DNA of 26,917 bases from Candidatus Micrarchaeia archaeon (lineage in GTDB: Archaea; Micrarchaeota; Micrarchaeia; Burarchaeales; JAVZCV01), in assembly GCA_038874215.1 (NCBI GenBank), contig JAVZCV010000016.1:1-26917 (forward strand), written 5' to 3'. The notes beneath the pieces were generated by a model, which made no database searches, was not told the DNA's origin, and was given only the letters and a program-made list of their open reading frames with translations. Positions 26,159-26,917 of the stretch are shown piece after piece (the stretch's first letter is position 1; each line of letters starts with the position of its first letter). The translations under genes and the position numbers were made by a program.

Positions 26159-26917
26159 CAGAGCGAGAACTCTTTTCACCAGGCCATTCTGGATGTGCTG
26201 GGTGTGGCGCAGCAGCGCTCGTCCCACGTCTCGTGCTCAACGCATTGAGCGAGGTCGTCGGAGACGATATTATAGTGGTGAACTCCACCGGATGCCTTGA
26301 AATAATCTCAAGCGCATACCCGCAAAGCTCTTGGGGAGTACCGTACATACACTCGCTTTTTGAAAATGCGCCAGCAGTTGCGTCTGGGGTAGTACGCGCT
26401 TTGCGAGTAAAAGGAAACGACCATACTCTCGTGCTCGTTGTAGCTGGCGATGGAGCCACTTATGACATAGGGTTTGGTTCGCTTTCTGGTATGCTTGAAC
26501 GCAACGAGGACGTTCTATACATCTGCTACGACAACGAGGCATACATGAATACGGGTGTGCAGAGGAGTAGCGCAACACCATTCGGCGCCTCTACAACGAC
26601 ATCGCAGGCTGGTAAAAAAATCCCAGGAAAGCAGGAGTGGAAGAAGCCCATAGTTGAAATAGCGGCTGCACATCAAATTCCGTATGCCGCAAGCGCGAGC
26701 ATTGCCTTCTATGCAGATTTGCGTTCAAAGTTGCACAAGGCGGCGAAAATACGGGGCGCAAGGTTCATCTCAATCCACTCCTCATGCTGTATAGGCTGGG
26801 GTTTTGATAGCAACCTTGCCGTTGAGGTGTGCAGGCTCGCAGTTGAAACTGGTCTCTGGAAGCTATTTGAAGTAGAAAACGGTGAATTCAGGATAACAAG
26901 GGAGCCAAGCTTCATCC
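26155..26917 (+). CDS. porB: Pyruvate:ferredoxin oxidoreductase beta subunit (3'-truncated by the window; absent from the ORF track)
   Basis: ATG 26155 (ATGA overlap with porA): MTERELFSPGHSGCAGCG..., TGCLE, FENA, TPP motif GDGATYDIG...DNEAYMNTG.QRS. Confidence 0.95.
   Translation, partial: MTERELFSPGHSGCAGCGAAALVPRLVLNALSEVVGDDIIVVNSTGCLEIISSAYPQSSWGVPYIHSLFENAPAVASGVVRALRVKGNDHTLVLVVAGDGATYDIGFGSLSGMLERNEDVLYICYDNEAYMNTGVQRSSATPFGASTTTSQAGKKIPGKQEWKKPIVEIAAAHQIPYAASASIAFYADLRSKLHKAAKIRGARFISIHSSCCIGWGFDSNLAVEVCRLAVETGLWKLFEVENGEFRITREPSFI

Overview
Gene-dense archaeal chromosomal segment. It has GGTGA/GGAGG ribosome-binding sites, TATA-like promoters and many 1-20 bp gene overlaps. Archaeal markers include a CTP-dependent riboflavin kinase, a cupin glucose-6-phosphate isomerase and KaiC-like ATPases; a DPANN/Micrarchaeota-like origin is my inference only. 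Left to right: a 5'-truncated CARDB/PKD surface protein; a GT-C/YfhO-like membrane protein; a four-gene ubiX-ubiD-acnX(large)-acnX(small) operon matching the archaeal (Aeropyrum-type) mevalonate bypass; a VirB2/TrbC-like pilin followed by a perfect 49-bp copy of its own conserved core; aroK-MFS-aroE-aroD; a PrsW-family protease co-oriented with a TPR-AAA+ ATPase; an orphan CpaF/VirB11-type ATPase; pgi; a GT4 glycosyltransferase; ribK/rbkR; an MBL nuclease; a KaiC signalling cluster (inactive KaiC-like protein, probably frameshifted membrane protein, KaiC, two half-ferritin proteins); dcd; and porG-porD-porA-porB (3'-truncated). No rRNA, tRNA, CRISPR array or transposase was recognised. The strongest leads are the pilin repeat cassette, the TPR-AAA+/PrsW pair, the KaiC/split-ferritin module and the clustered mevalonate operon.
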